From: Eledone cirrhosa
Lineage: Eukaryota
Direction of reading: 5' to 3'
Assembly (NCBI GenBank): GCA_964016885.1
Contig: OZ024741.1
Span: 280,674,001-280,738,000, forward strand
DNA: 64,000 nucleotides
The first letter of the stretch is position 1; every line of letters starts with the position of its first letter. A program made the translations under genes and the position numbers. Positions 12,780 through 26,055 of the stretch are shown piece after piece. The notes under the pieces were generated by a model that was not told the DNA's origin, made no database searches, and worked only from the letters and a program-made list of their open reading frames with translations.

Positions 12780-13130
12780 TTTTGGAACCGCCTGGGTTGT
12801 CCCGAATTGATGGGAAAAGACTTGGCCGTCTTACTCTGTGCTCCTGGTCAAAGGCAGGTGCCTTACCTGGGTCGTCACAGTTAGTGATTCTTTTGCTTCT
12901 TCCCACATTCTGGATGCAGCGGTAAGGGCGAGAGGTACAGCATCCGAGGCTGAACGGAACAAAATCCTAAAGTACTGTGTTCTGTCAGCTAACTACATTA
13001 TCCAGCCTGTGACGTTCGAGACGTTTGAGGGAGTCGGGCTTCTGACAGCGAGATTCTTATTTTCACTGGCGGCTCGCCAAACAGAGGTAACTGGTAATGC
13101 TCCAGCCTCGCCATCACCCCAGGTAACGCT
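12780..13130 (+). mobile_element. Non-LTR retrotransposon restriction-like endonuclease fragment (CRE-like)
   Basis: PW(S)KGRCLTW(D/V)VTVSDSFASSH...ASEAERNKILKY..L..NYIIQPVTFET(F)G is a degenerate RLE domain. Confidence 0.7.
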
Positions 13131-14444
13131 GTGAGCGTGCTTGCTTGCCTCGAAAATTATTAGAGGTTTCTCAGAGTACATTGCTATATTGCTATCTTTT
13201 GCTCTGGTAGCGGCTCGTTTTATCACTCTTTCGCCTGCATATTGTTCTATGGTCTAAGATGTGTGTATTACCTGCTTGTGTATTTTTTCTCTTTCTTTTT
13301 TTCCTTTCCCTTTCCTTAGTATATATTATATTTGTTAGTGTTTTCGTTCTGTAACCATTATATTAAATGAATTTTTAAAAAAAGTTAATAAATAAATAAA
13401 ACGTTTTACTCTCCCATTTCCAATTCACCGAACGCTGCTATCATGACTGTATGTGTGTGTTTGTGTGTGAATGTATGTATGTGTGAATTATGCCAGTGAC
13501 CGTGTATTTTTATAAGTTTCGGTTTGCGCGATTATAGTTATATTACCATAATAGTTATATACTCATACATATAGATGTAGGTATGTGCACACTCATACGC
13601 GTCAGCGTGTAGAAAATCATAATCTCTCTATCTCTCTCATCACACACTCTCTCTTTCTATATATATGGTAGTTGAAGTGGTGGTGGTAGCAACGATATAC
13701 CGGAAGTGCAACTTTGAAAAGAAGTCAATTTTAAATTATTTATTTTTACGAAATTATTTATGTTTACGAAATTTAGTACATAAATTATGTAATATTCATT
13801 CAATATTTATTCAAAATAATCCAACTTATTTTACTAACTGGATTAAACGAAATAAACCCGTACGCAGTCCCGCAGTCCTTACTTTATTATAGTTTAGATT
13901 AGCGGTCAACGAACAGACAAATTTCGTTTTTAATATATATATATATATCGGTAAACGGAATAGAAAATGCTGACAAATTGTTCACAGTTGAAAAATGGTT
14001 TAATTAGGAATAAAAGAGTATTAGTGATTGTATGGGTTAGTATTCAGTTGTGGTTTTAAGTTTTTAAGTTTTTACCGGTTGCGCATTTCTAAATGCTTTT
14101 CAAAAATAATTTTGAGATAGAGTGTCCGTGCTGTTTGCTCTGATCTGATTAGTTTTGGGAATTCTACCTGTTTTTATGTTAAAAAAGTGGCTCCAGCGTT
14201 ATTTTTGTGTTGCAAAAATGCTTGTGGTCAAAACAATTTTGATTGGTCGGTAGAGGTCATGTGAATGTAAAAAGTTGATTTTGCGCCAAGACTGTTTTTA
14301 TGTTAAAATGTTAAAAAAGTGGCTCCAGCAAAAATTATTGGTCAAAACAATTTTGATTGGTCGGTAGAGGTCATGTGGATAAAAAATTGGTTTTGCGCCA
14401 AGATTGAGAAATGACTCTTTCACAACAAATATGTGTGTGTGTGT

Positions 14445-14502
<58 letters not shown>

Positions 14503-14573
14503 TAGTAGTAGTAAGGTGTTCGATGCTGCGACAATGGCCAGCAGCGATGTGTGTCAAATGGCTATTAAGATAA

Positions 14574-14606
<33 letters not shown>

Positions 14607-15082
14607 GCAGAGTCATTCGAAGGTCAAAAGATATTTTTCAGCTTTTGTCTTATACGGAGAAGTGCGTGTGTGTGTGTGTGTTGTGTATAAGTCTCTTTGT
14701 ATGTTGATGTACGCGTGTGTATGTGTTTGTGTATATATGTGTGTGTGGGTGGGTGGGGGGGACCAGTATTTTTTTCCCCCTGGTAAAATGGTGTACATTA
14801 TTCGATTTTTTCAGTAAAATCGGTTCTCTTAATAGAACATCAAAAATCTTAACAATAAAAGGTGTGAAATGATATTCACTATATATATACACACACACAC
14901 ATACATTCACTACATATATATATATATATATATACATATATACATACATATATATGCACATATATATTTTTGTATTGCACCATAGAGCATGTGTGTTTAC
15001 GTGTGTCATTGTGTTTATATGTGGGTAGAGATGTGTGCTGATGTAGGTATGTATGTTGACGTGTGTATGTTGTGGGTTCGTC

Positions 15083-17401
15083 TTAGGGAGAAGTGTTTAG
15101 ACGGGGTCCGTATTTGTTAATGAAGTAAGATTCCTTGCTGATGCGCTGGGTGTGGGTGGCATTATCTTTAAATTTGTAGAGGGGAAAGATTCTGAAGTTG
15201 GGATGATTTTGGGCGGCACAGGTATCAATGTGTTCACTCAGTGGTATTTTCCTGTATTCCCGTATTTTAATTTGGGATCTATGGACAGTCATGCGTTGGC
15301 GGAGGCCGTTTTTGGTCTGGCCTATGTATTGTTCTCGACAACCTGAACAAGTTAATACATATATTAGATTTTCCGATGCACATGTGAAATTGTGTTTTAC
15401 TATAAAACGTTGTCCATCTTTGAAATAGAATTCCGAACCCTCTATTAGGTTGATGCAAATGCCACAGTTGGGTCTATCGCATTTTTTTACTGTGGGTTTC
15501 GTTGTTGTGGTTGGCAGTACTTTGGCATGTGTTAAGATGTTTTTCATTGACTTGGATTGTCTTTTGCTCTTTATGATATCGTGTGTTCGTAGAATTTGGT
15601 TCATTCTATGGTCCTTTTTCAATACAGGGATGTTCTGGAGGATGGTGTCAAAGGCCTCATTGTTGAGGGGGTTGTGTGTGGAGATGTATGGAAGAGCTTT
15701 TAGTTTTGGTTGATTTACTTTAGGGTGTCTAAGTTCCTGGGTACTGAGTTTTAGGGCACGTTGGATTCCATTGTCAATTAGTGATGCAGGGTAGTCCCTG
15801 CCTATGAGTGTGTCCTTTAGTTCTTGTAGCCGTAAGTAGCAGATGTTTTTATTGGAGACTATAGTACAGATTCTCTTGGCTAAGTTGTAGGGAATATTAA
15901 TTTTAACGTGTCTAGGGTGGCAAGAGTTGAAGGGGAGGTATTGCTTGGAGTCTGTGGGCTTGTAGTATATGTCTGTTTCTATTTTTTTGTTATGGATCTT
16001 AATGAGGATGTCGAGGAAGGGGAGTTGTTGATGGCTGTATTCCATCGTGAAGTTAATATTTGTGTTGAGCCCATTTATAAGGGTGTGAAATTCTTTAAGT
16101 TTTTCGATGTTTTCGTGCCAAAGGATGAAGCAGTCATCTAGATATCGCTTCCAGTTCCTTTCAATGTGTAAGTGGAGGGTGTTTCCAAATTTGTTTAGGA
16201 CTTTAGTGTAGAGGGTGATTTCCAGGTATCCCATGACTAGGTTGGCATAAGTAGGGGCTGTTTTCGTTCCCATAGCGGTCCCAGATTTCTGCCTGTAGGG
16301 TTTGTTATTGAAAACGAAGTAATTGTTCTCCAAGATAAATTTGAGTCCCTCTATCACGAATTCTTTTTTGATGCGTTGTGGGAGTTCATTGTGGAAATTA
16401 TCCAGCCAGAATTGGATAGCTTCTATTCCTAGGTTGTGGGGGATGTTGGAGTATAGGTTGACTACATCGAACGTCACTAGTAGGGTTTGTTCAGAAAGTG
16501 GCATATTAGGGAGGTGATTGAGCATATCTAGGTCGTCCCTTATATAGCTTTTGATGTGCTTGAGGAAGGGTTTGAGAAGGGTATCAATGAAGTTGCTAAG
16601 ACGGTGCGTTTCGCAAGCGGGGCCTGCTATTATAGGTCTTAATTTGAGATCATTGGGTGAGGGGACATTGATGACTATGTCTGTGGCTTCCTTGCATGCC
16701 TTACTGATTGATTCGCTTTTATGTACTTTAGGGATACAGTAGAAAAGGCTGGATTTACTTGTGAAGTCTGTGATGAAGCTGAATTCCTTGTTAGTGAGTC
16801 CTTCTTTGTATTGGTTGATTAGAGTTTTTAGGTTTCTCATAATTTTCTGTTGATTGTAGTATTCAGCCTTTTCGTAGTATGTTTCGTTTTCCAAAGTGGA
16901 GAGCGCTAAGTTGATATAGAATTCTGTCTCCATTAGGACTACTGTACTCCCTTTATCAGCCTCTTTAATTGTAATGGTTCTGTCGGTTTTTAATCTATTT
17001 AATTCTTCCCATTCTTTCTTGTTGAGGTTTGGCTTGTGTTTTTGTCTGTGCAAGTGTTGGTAAGGGAAGTTTGTGATGTGTTCACAGAATTCGTCCAGGA
17101 TTTTATTTCTACCTTTTGAAGGGGTGTAATTGCTTCTATTTCTGGCTAATGATTCATCCTCATTGTACTGGTCGAATAGTTGTTCACTAAGTCGTAACTT
17201 TCTACAGAAGTCTGTGATGTCTTCCTTCATTTCATAGTAGTTAGGACGTAGTGGGGTCGGTGTGAATTTAAGACCTTTGGAGAGTAAGTTGATAAGGTTG
17301 GGTGTTGGTTCTGCACTAGTAAGATTGATAATTTTTATTACTATCGGTTTCTCCTCCCTGTCTTGTGTTATTTTGTTTGCCTGTATCTGTGTGCTGTGTC
17401 T
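15083..17401 (-). CDS. PLE reverse transcriptase + Zn-knuckle linker + GIY-YIG endonuclease (715 aa from the ATG at 17230; frame open upstream to about 17437)
   Basis: Motifs IINLT...LLSKGLKFTPTP (upstream of the first ATG), LRPIIAG, TFDVVNLYSNI, QKSGTAMGTKTAPTYANL, RYLDD, PFLDI, YYKPT, SCHP, CDRPNCGIC and IYVLTCSGCREQYIGQT...H...SEH...PRLN. No internal stops. The Cys/His pattern resembles Naiad/Neptune-type PLEs. Confidence 0.95.
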   Translation of the reverse strand, partial: RHSTQIQANKITQDREEKPIVIKIINLTSAEPTPNLINLLSKGLKFTPTPLRPNYYEMKEDITDFCRKLRLSEQLFDQYNEDESLARNRSNYTPSKGRNKILDEFCEHITNFPYQHLHRQKHKPNLNKKEWEELNRLKTDRTITIKEADKGSTVVLMETEFYINLALSTLENETYYEKAEYYNQQKIMRNLKTLINQYKEGLTNKEFSFITDFTSKSSLFYCIPKVHKSESISKACKEATDIVINVPSPNDLKLRPIIAGPACETHRLSNFIDTLLKPFLKHIKSYIRDDLDMLNHLPNMPLSEQTLLVTFDVVNLYSNIPHNLGIEAIQFWLDNFHNELPQRIKKEFVIEGLKFILENNYFVFNNKPYRQKSGTAMGTKTAPTYANLVMGYLEITLYTKVLNKFGNTLHLHIERNWKRYLDDCFILWHENIEKLKEFHTLINGLNTNINFTMEYSHQQLPFLDILIKIHNKKIETDIYYKPTDSKQYLPFNSCHPRHVKINIPYNLAKRICTIVSNKNICYLRLQELKDTLIGRDYPASLIDNGIQRALKLSTQELRHPKVNQPKLKALPYISTHNPLNNEAFDTILQNIPVLKKDHRMNQILRTHDIIKSKRQSKSMKNILTHAKVLPTTTTKPTVKKCDRPNCGICINLIEGSEFYFKDGQRFIVKHNFTCASENLIYVLTCSGCREQYIGQTKNGLRQRMTVHRSQIKIREYRKIPLSEHIDTCAAQNHPNFRIFPLYKFKDNATHTQRISKESYFINKYGPRLNTSP

Positions 17402-18678
17402 AAAAAATGGTTGGGGTAGAGGGGTTGTCTGCTGATGTTAAGTGGTCTCCTGTGTTTGTTATATTCCTTGTTGTTGTAAAATGTGGTTCGGGTTGGTGGT
17501 TGTAGATTGAATGGGGTGTTCCTGTACTGCGAGTATGGGTGTGTGTTTCTATGTGCCATGTTGTATTGTGGTGTTATAAGTGGCCTACGTTGTTGGTTGT
17601 ATCGTGTGGTGTGGGTTTGTTGTGTATTGTGGAAGTGAGAGTTGAGAAAATGGTAATTACCTTGCTGTCCCCTTGAAGCGGGGAAGTTGTTGCATCTATC
17701 ATGGCGGTGGTATCTTTTCCCTATGTTTGACGATGAGGAATCCGCGTAGTAGTTGAGTGATTTTGTATGGTGTCTCCTTGAAGGGGGAAAGTTGTAAATG
17801 TCATTCTGGGGGAGATGATTTCTTGGGTTTTTGTTCCTTCTTATGGTAGCGAGGTTGGGAAGTTCATCTTCGGTGTGGTGCTTCCTTCTTCGTTTGTTTG
17901 AGGCTTGGGGGTTTGAGAAGTTGTTGTGCGGTTCAGTTATGGGTTTTCCTATTTTTATGAACGGGTTATTGGAGGTGTAATCCGTTTGAAAAGTCGATTC
18001 ATAGTGTAGGAACCAAGCGGCACTTTTTTCCCAGCGTTGAAGGGATTTCAGTTCTTCTCTGTTGCAGTCCCCTTTCCATAATTGGGAGATCTTCTCTACC
18101 TTGGGGCCTTCAGTTTTGTTGTTGATTTCCAGGAGGATCTCTTCATCGATGGTTTTGATTTTTTCCTCATTTGTCTGGGCCCTCAGTTTAAGAAGTTCAA
18201 TTTCTGTCTTCATTTTTTCCAATGCCATTCTTTCCCTAAGGTGTCTTTGAGGTTCGGGTTCATTTGGAATGGACTTTATTTGTAGTTTACGGGGGAGAGT
18301 TAGAGGGGTTGAGTTAAGCCATTTTTCATATATCTCTGCTTTGTTGTGATTTTGTATCATCTTCCAGAATGAGAACTTTCTGTCTCTGAGGGATTTGTTC
18401 CATTTTGGAATTGTTCGAATTTTCATTTTGTGTGAATCAATCTCACATGGTTCTTCGTTGGTTTTTCCTGGGTTGGTAGTAGTGAACATAGTTTGGATAG
18501 TATCGCAAAGGTTTTGGAGTTTGTCGCCGATTTCGGAGGGTTTGTATCCGGTGGCGGTTTCCTTATTTGTGGAGTCAAGTTTGTCGACCAGCAAAGATAG
18601 GTTGGTGTTGATTTTCTTGAGTTCCTGTAGGATCTCTTCATTTGAGTTGATGAGGGTTGTATCCGTTTTTGTTGGCAT
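17368..18678 (-). CDS. PLE ORF1: coiled-coil-rich protein with a basic, low-complexity C-terminus (436 aa from the first ATG)
   Basis: Uninterrupted ORF immediately upstream of and overlapping the RT frame. Heptad-like segments (ILQELKKINTNLSLLVDKL; LEKMKTEIELLKLRAQTNEEKIKTIDEEI) and an R/H/N/P-rich tail. Confidence 0.8.
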   Translation of the reverse strand: MPTKTDTTLINSNEEILQELKKINTNLSLLVDKLDSTNKETATGYKPSEIGDKLQNLCDTIQTMFTTTNPGKTNEEPCEIDSHKMKIRTIPKWNKSLRDRKFSFWKMIQNHNKAEIYEKWLNSTPLTLPRKLQIKSIPNEPEPQRHLRERMALEKMKTEIELLKLRAQTNEEKIKTIDEEILLEINNKTEGPKVEKISQLWKGDCNREELKSLQRWEKSAAWFLHYESTFQTDYTSNNPFIKIGKPITEPHNNFSNPQASNKRRRKHHTEDELPNLATIRRNKNPRNHLPQNDIYNFPPSRRHHTKSLNYYADSSSSNIGKRYHRHDRCNNFPASRGQQGNYHFLNSHFHNTQQTHTTRYNQQRRPLITPQYNMAHRNTHPYSQYRNTPFNLQPPTRTTFYNNKEYNKHRRPLNISRQPLYPNHFLDTAHRYRQTK

Positions 18679-18891
18679 TTTCTGTATCTCGTGTGAGGAT
18701 ATGATAGTTAAAAGAATAGAGGTGTAACACACAAGTTATTATATATTGGTAAACGGAATAGAAAATGCTGACAAATTGTTCACAGTTGAAAAATGGTTTA
18801 ATTAGGAATAAAAGAGTATTAGTGATTGTATGGGTTAGTATTCAGTTGTGGTTTTAAGTTTTTAAGTTTTTACCGGTTGCGCATTTCTAAA

Positions 18892-20404
<1,513 letters not shown>

Positions 20405-20441
20405 AATATATAATAACTTGTGTGTTACACCTCTATTCTTT

Positions 20442-20566
<125 letters not shown>

Positions 20567-20606
20567 TTTGCAAGGTTTTTTTATATGAAATCGTGTGCCG
20601 AAACAA

Positions 20607-21637
20607 ATATTGTTATACTTGGGGAGGGTCATATTGTCAGAAATAATAACAGAACACAGTTTGGTTGGTTTTCGCTTCTGTATCTTTTATATCTCCATAG
20701 TGAATTCATTTTACATATAACACATTTCTTATTTGTACAGTGGGTTTTCTTAATGGGGTATGTCTTGCCAAATAAGAAATGTGTTATATGTAAAATGAAC
20801 CCCCAGATAAATTGTAAAACTAGAAATGTAGTCAATAGCATAAGATCTACAGAGGGTACTTGCAGAAACATGACAATGACATACATAGGTGAGACAGCAT
20901 AGGAGAAAGAATAGACCAACAGTGGGGGGAACTAAAAGGACTAAAAAATGGTTCAGTACTATACGAACACGCCAGACAAAAACATGACGGTAATATAGAC
21001 AACATAGAAATTAAAGCATATCTAAGCATAGAAATTACTCTACAGGTAGGCAAATCAGAGAAGCAACTGAGATAAAACTAAGAAGACCGAAGTTAAACAG
21101 AAAGAATGAATGGAATAACAACAACAACAACAACCATAACCAAACAAACAATACTGACTTAAGAGAAATATAAATAAATAAATAAATAAATATATACACA
21201 AGTACAATAACAACAAACACATATAAACACACACTAGTGAACAAAGATAGAATACAAAAACAAAAACGCATATACTCAAACACGAACACACACCAAACAT
21301 TAAACACGCATGCGCAATGACAGAGACAAGAATAAATAAATTAATTAATTAAATAAAAAATGGCGTAGACATTACATTACAATACAATGGGGGGAAAAAT
21401 AATAGTATCACTGATGATGTTGCAGATGTGCGACGAAAGAACTTTGATAGACTATATATATATATATTTATATCAGTATTTTTAACCGCTGGTCAATCAA
21501 TGATAAACATTGATTACCAAATAAATTAACTATGGAGATATAAAAGATGCAGAAGCGAAAACCAACCAAACAGTGAGTGTGTTCTGCTGTTATTTCTGGC
21601 AATATTATAACAATATGACCCTCCTCAAGTATAACAA
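20607..21637. repeat. Element with ~95-bp inverted ends (20607-20701 / 21528-21637) and an internal 31-bp-stem hairpin (20704-20799)
   Basis: ttgttatacttggggagggtcatattg...atatctccatagt recurs as its reverse complement. Related ends at 25830-26040 and 44420-44510. Flanked by (TA)n(GA)n and (GT)n. Confidence 0.6.
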
Positions 21638-21640
21638 AAA

Positions 21641-21859
<219 letters not shown>

Positions 21860-22795
21860 CGCGCGCGTTCGGAAAAGATTGTTTTGGTGAAAACAGGAGT
21901 AAGCAGGAGAAAACTCTCAACAATCGTTGTTTTTAGTTACGATGGAGAATTTTATAAAATATATCAAAATAAGATGCTGAGGTTACATATATCGTTTAAT
22001 CATTATAATTATTTCCACGGTTCTCCATACAATCGAGATGTCCTTCATGCATTTGCTGTTGATTATGAGAAGGGTATCCTCAGATGAAAAACCGATATAT
22101 TTGATATGTCGCAGGCAGGAAAAAACACATGCTTGTGTGCCCTGCAGACATATGGGCGATATCCAATTTTAGCGGCCTAAATGCCGCTTACTTGCTGTAG
22201 TTGCTGCTTACTTCAATGTATGAGACTATTCCAACAAATTTACATTCCCCTTTTTTTAGCCGTTAAAAGAAATATAGATTTATTTATTGTTTTTTTTTTT
22301 TGCGATTTATTTGCCACTGGGGCATAGATTTCTTTATTTGCCCCTTTTTTGTTTGTTTTTTTTGCGATTTATTAGCCTTTTGGGGTCACACACACCCCCG
22401 TAGAAAGTGTGCGACCTTTCTGCCAGGGAGCACAGAGAGAGGGGGGTGCTCCCTTCTTCTCTTACCTGTACAAGCCGATATAGAGAGATGGCCCACTTAC
22501 ACGGGCCATTATTGCTACTTTCACCCATCTTTCATGGAATTGGCTGGGACTGAGTGCCTTTTTCTCCACCTTGATCCTTCTTTCGAAGTGGTATCGGAAG
22601 AAGAGGACCATTTGTTGGCCGGTGACATATCCCCACAGTTTCCTCGTTGCAAACGCATCTGGGACATTTCTTTTCCAAGGGGTTTCCGTCTCGGAATCCG
22701 TGTCTGTAGAGCCTTTCCCGAACGGGCAGGGCCCCTCGGTATAATAGTAAGTATTAGTGGTTGTAATAAAAATGCAATCAAAATGTAATAAATAC

Positions 22796-22931
22796 CTTCA
22801 CTGATTTCTTTCCTTATATTATCAACAGAAGTTGGTATGTCACCCAAAGTTCGCTTTGTATGTTCCCGAATAGCAGTGAATTTTGATAAAACTGTTTCTA
22901 ATTCCTTCTCCACAGTAAGACAAATATCCAT
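22796..22931 (-). pseudogene. RMND5: Captured first coding exon of RMND5/GID2 (left arm)
   Basis: MDICLTVEKELETVLSKF...LGDI...IRKEISE resembles the RMND5 N-terminus (MDxCxxVERELEKVLxKF). Followed by a G|GTATTT donor. No further RMND5 exons seen in the window. Confidence 0.75.
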
Positions 22932-23107
22932 GTGTAGTTGAAGAGGATAAGTATGAAAGAACAGTCATTTAAATTTACAGATGGACAGATGTGGTGTTTG
23001 GCAGGGTTTGAGATATATAGAAAAATAATTATTTACAGAAAAAGAAAATAATAATAATAAAGAATTATTATTATTTTTTTTAAGATTTATATCTTTTTGG
23101 ACTACAC

Positions 23108-23243
23108 ATGGATATTTGTCTTACTGTGGAGAAGGAATTAGAAACAGTTTTATCAAAATTCACTGCTATTCGGGAACATACAAAGCGAACTTTGGGTGAC
23201 ATACCAACTTCTGTTGATAATATAAGGAAAGAAATCAGTGAAG
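23108..23243 (+). pseudogene. RMND5: Captured first coding exon of RMND5/GID2 (right arm)
   Basis: Same 45-codon exon and donor site as the left arm. Confidence 0.75.
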
Positions 23244-24049
23244 GTATTTATTACATTTTGATTGCATTTTTATTACAACCACTAATACTTACTATTATAC
23301 CGAGGGGCCCTGCCCATTCGGGAAAGGCTCTACAGACACGGATTCCGGGACGGAAACCCCTTGGAAAAGAAATGTCCCAGATGCGTTTGCAACGAGGAAA
23401 CTGTGGGGATATGTCGCCGGCCAACAAATGGTCCTCTTCTTCCGATACCACTTCGAAAGAAGGATCAAGGTGGAGAAAAAGGCACTCAGTCCCAGCCAAT
23501 TCCATGAAAGATGGGTGAAAGTAGCAATAATGGCCCGTGTAAGTGGGCCATCTCTCTATATCGGCTTGTACAGGTAAGAGAAGAAGGGAGCACCCCCCTC
23601 TCTCTGTGCTCCCTGGCAGAAAGGTCGCACACTTTCTACGGGGGTGTGTGTGACCCCAAAAGGCTAATAAATCGAAAAAAAAAAAGGGGGGGGGGGCAAA
23701 TAAAGAAATCTGTGCCCCAGTGGCAAATAAATCAAAAAAACAAAAACAATAAATAAATCTATATTTCTTTTAACGGCTAAAAAAAGGGGAATGTAAATTT
23801 GTTGGAATAGCCTCATACATTGAAGTAAGCAGCAACTACAGCAAGTAAGCGGCATTTAGGCCGCTAAAGTTGAATATCGCTGACATATGAGTTCATTGAA
23901 GGGTTTGCCAGCCGTCGTGTTTGCTAGAAAAAGCTATCAACGAAAAAATGAAAAAACGAAAAACTGTGTAGCCAGAGCGCAGTAGACAGTGGAAGCAATA
24001 AATGGAGCCCTGAGGGAGAATGGGGTATATATTTTGTTGACAACTACCT

Positions 24050-24545
24050 ATAGACAACACCAGCGACAACGACCACAACAATAACAGCAAACCGCCGACC
24101 AATATCGTCCACACTGGCCGCAACAGTCGTAGTGATATTACTACTCTACTGACAACAACAACGAAAGCAACAGCTACAGTAAACAATTACAACAACAACA
24201 ACAGCAAAAACACAGACCAGCGTCGTGTACACAGGCCGCAGCAGTCGTAGTGACGGTATCACCCTGTCGACAATAACAACGATAACACCAAAGCAATAAA
24301 AAGGAATTCTGAGGTAGGTGGGTACACAAAATTGGTGGTATCAATCACCATGACCATATATAACAACAACAACAATGGTAACGGCAACAAACATTAACAC
24401 CGCCCACCACCTAGCCCGTTCGTCGTAGTAGTGGTGGTATCATTTATATTAGTATCAAGCCAATGGCAGAGAGCACCCATTACTTGGGAGCCAGACAGTG
24501 GTAACAACAATAACAACACAATACCAGTGATGATCCCACCACGGT
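24050..24545. repeat. Degenerate (AAC)n-rich tandem repeat, about 3 units
   Basis: Recurring gaccaa/gc-tcgt-cacac-ggccgca-cagtcgtagtga blocks separated by aac runs. Confidence 0.5.
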
Positions 24546-25461
24546 GACAACAGGAAAAGGCCACGCTTCCATGAAAAATAAACTAACCACAATATTCTCC
24601 TACCTGTTTGTATTTATCGTTGTAGTTATAAACTATGACCACATCCACTTGATCGTTTTATTCATGGTGTCATTATTTCTTAACTTTGTCCCACCGAAGT
24701 TAACTTTGCCTTTCATCCTTACGGGGTCGATAAAATAAAGTACCAGTAATACACTGGAATAATTGCTGGCCTTGTGCCAAAAGTAGAAACAATTATTTCT
24801 TAACTTTGTGTTTACTCTAGACGAAAATAAATTCTTGTTGAATATATAACTTTACTTCACTTGAGCAAAAGAAAAAAAAATTGATTACTTCGAATCGTAA
24901 ATATAAAGTTTGATTGTAGTATCAACAAATGAATATAGTATACAAAAGGGGCTTCTGTGGTGTTTAATACGCCATGTTCGATTACAAAGTTAAAAGTTGT
25001 AGTCAGACTGTATGTGCCAGCATAGGTAGTAGTCAACTCGCAGGGACAAGGAAACAATGTTGTCTATATGAAGAGGCAAATGACTGAGTGTGGTTGAAGT
25101 GCCAATGGAAGAATTTATGTCGGGCCCTTGTCGAGAGAGTCGGAGTTTTTTTGCTAAATGCTACGTGCTTGAATGACTCAAAGTGACCCTTCTCTTCCGA
25201 GGATCCAGAGTGGAATGACCCAAAGAAAATCTTATCTCATTTAACCTCACGTTGACCAACCTCTCCTGACCACTGATGCCAGCTCGGGTTATAGGAAATA
25301 GCAGCCAGGTGTCATTCGGTGGTCAGATTTCGCTACACTCACACACATATATGTGTGTGCGCGTGTGCGTGTGTAAACAAGGGGGAAAGTTTACCATTTG
25401 TATTTTTCATTTCTTTCCTGTTAAAACATATGTAAAACAATTAAAATGTCTTAGATTTATG

Positions 25462-25548
<87 letters not shown>

Positions 25549-26055
25549 GGTAAACAGAAATAACAACACAATCGGTATAGTATATGGAAGGGATATTTTA
25601 GGTTAACGCTTGATATAGCAGGAAGAGGGTCTTAACATTTCGGACGCTAGTCCTTCATCAGAAGAAAGAATGAGAAATAAGATAGATTGAGGGGACGGGT
25701 GGGTTGGAATTTGAAAAAAATCTTTAGATAAAAATAACAGGTCCATTGATGTTTCATCTCTTGCAAAACTGCTTCGTTTTTGAATTTGTTTTGCGATATT
25801 TCTGATCTGAAAACGTGTGTTGAAACAGATATTGTTATACTTTGGGAGGGTGATGCGCTAAATAAGCACACAACACACAATACACCGAGGAGGTCACAGA
25901 ATGTGTGACGAAAGAGCTTTGACAATATATAAACAACCTTCCGGTTATCGAACCAACAAACCAAACGGAAACTTATAATAAATTGAAGTGAAAATTAACA
26001 GGTGCGTGTTTTTATTGGCAGCATGACCCTCCCAAATTATATATATATATATATA

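Larger units (their letters stand above)
22155..23881. mobile_element. Foldback element with ~780-bp inverted arms and an 8-bp TSD
   Basis: Arms 22155-22938 and 23101-23881 are near-perfect reverse complements with a 162-bp spacer. Direct repeat GACATATG at 22147-22154 and 23882-23889. Confidence 0.88.

Noticed and set aside
15083-17401. Selenoprotein-type PLE (in-frame UGA plus SECIS)
   Set aside because: The ORF has no in-frame TGA, the Cys motifs are ordinary codons, and no convincing SECIS was seen.
22521-23518. 136-aa ORFs as complete genes
   Set aside because: Similarity to RMND5 ends at the splice donor after 45 codons; the rest is read-through into intron and element sequence.
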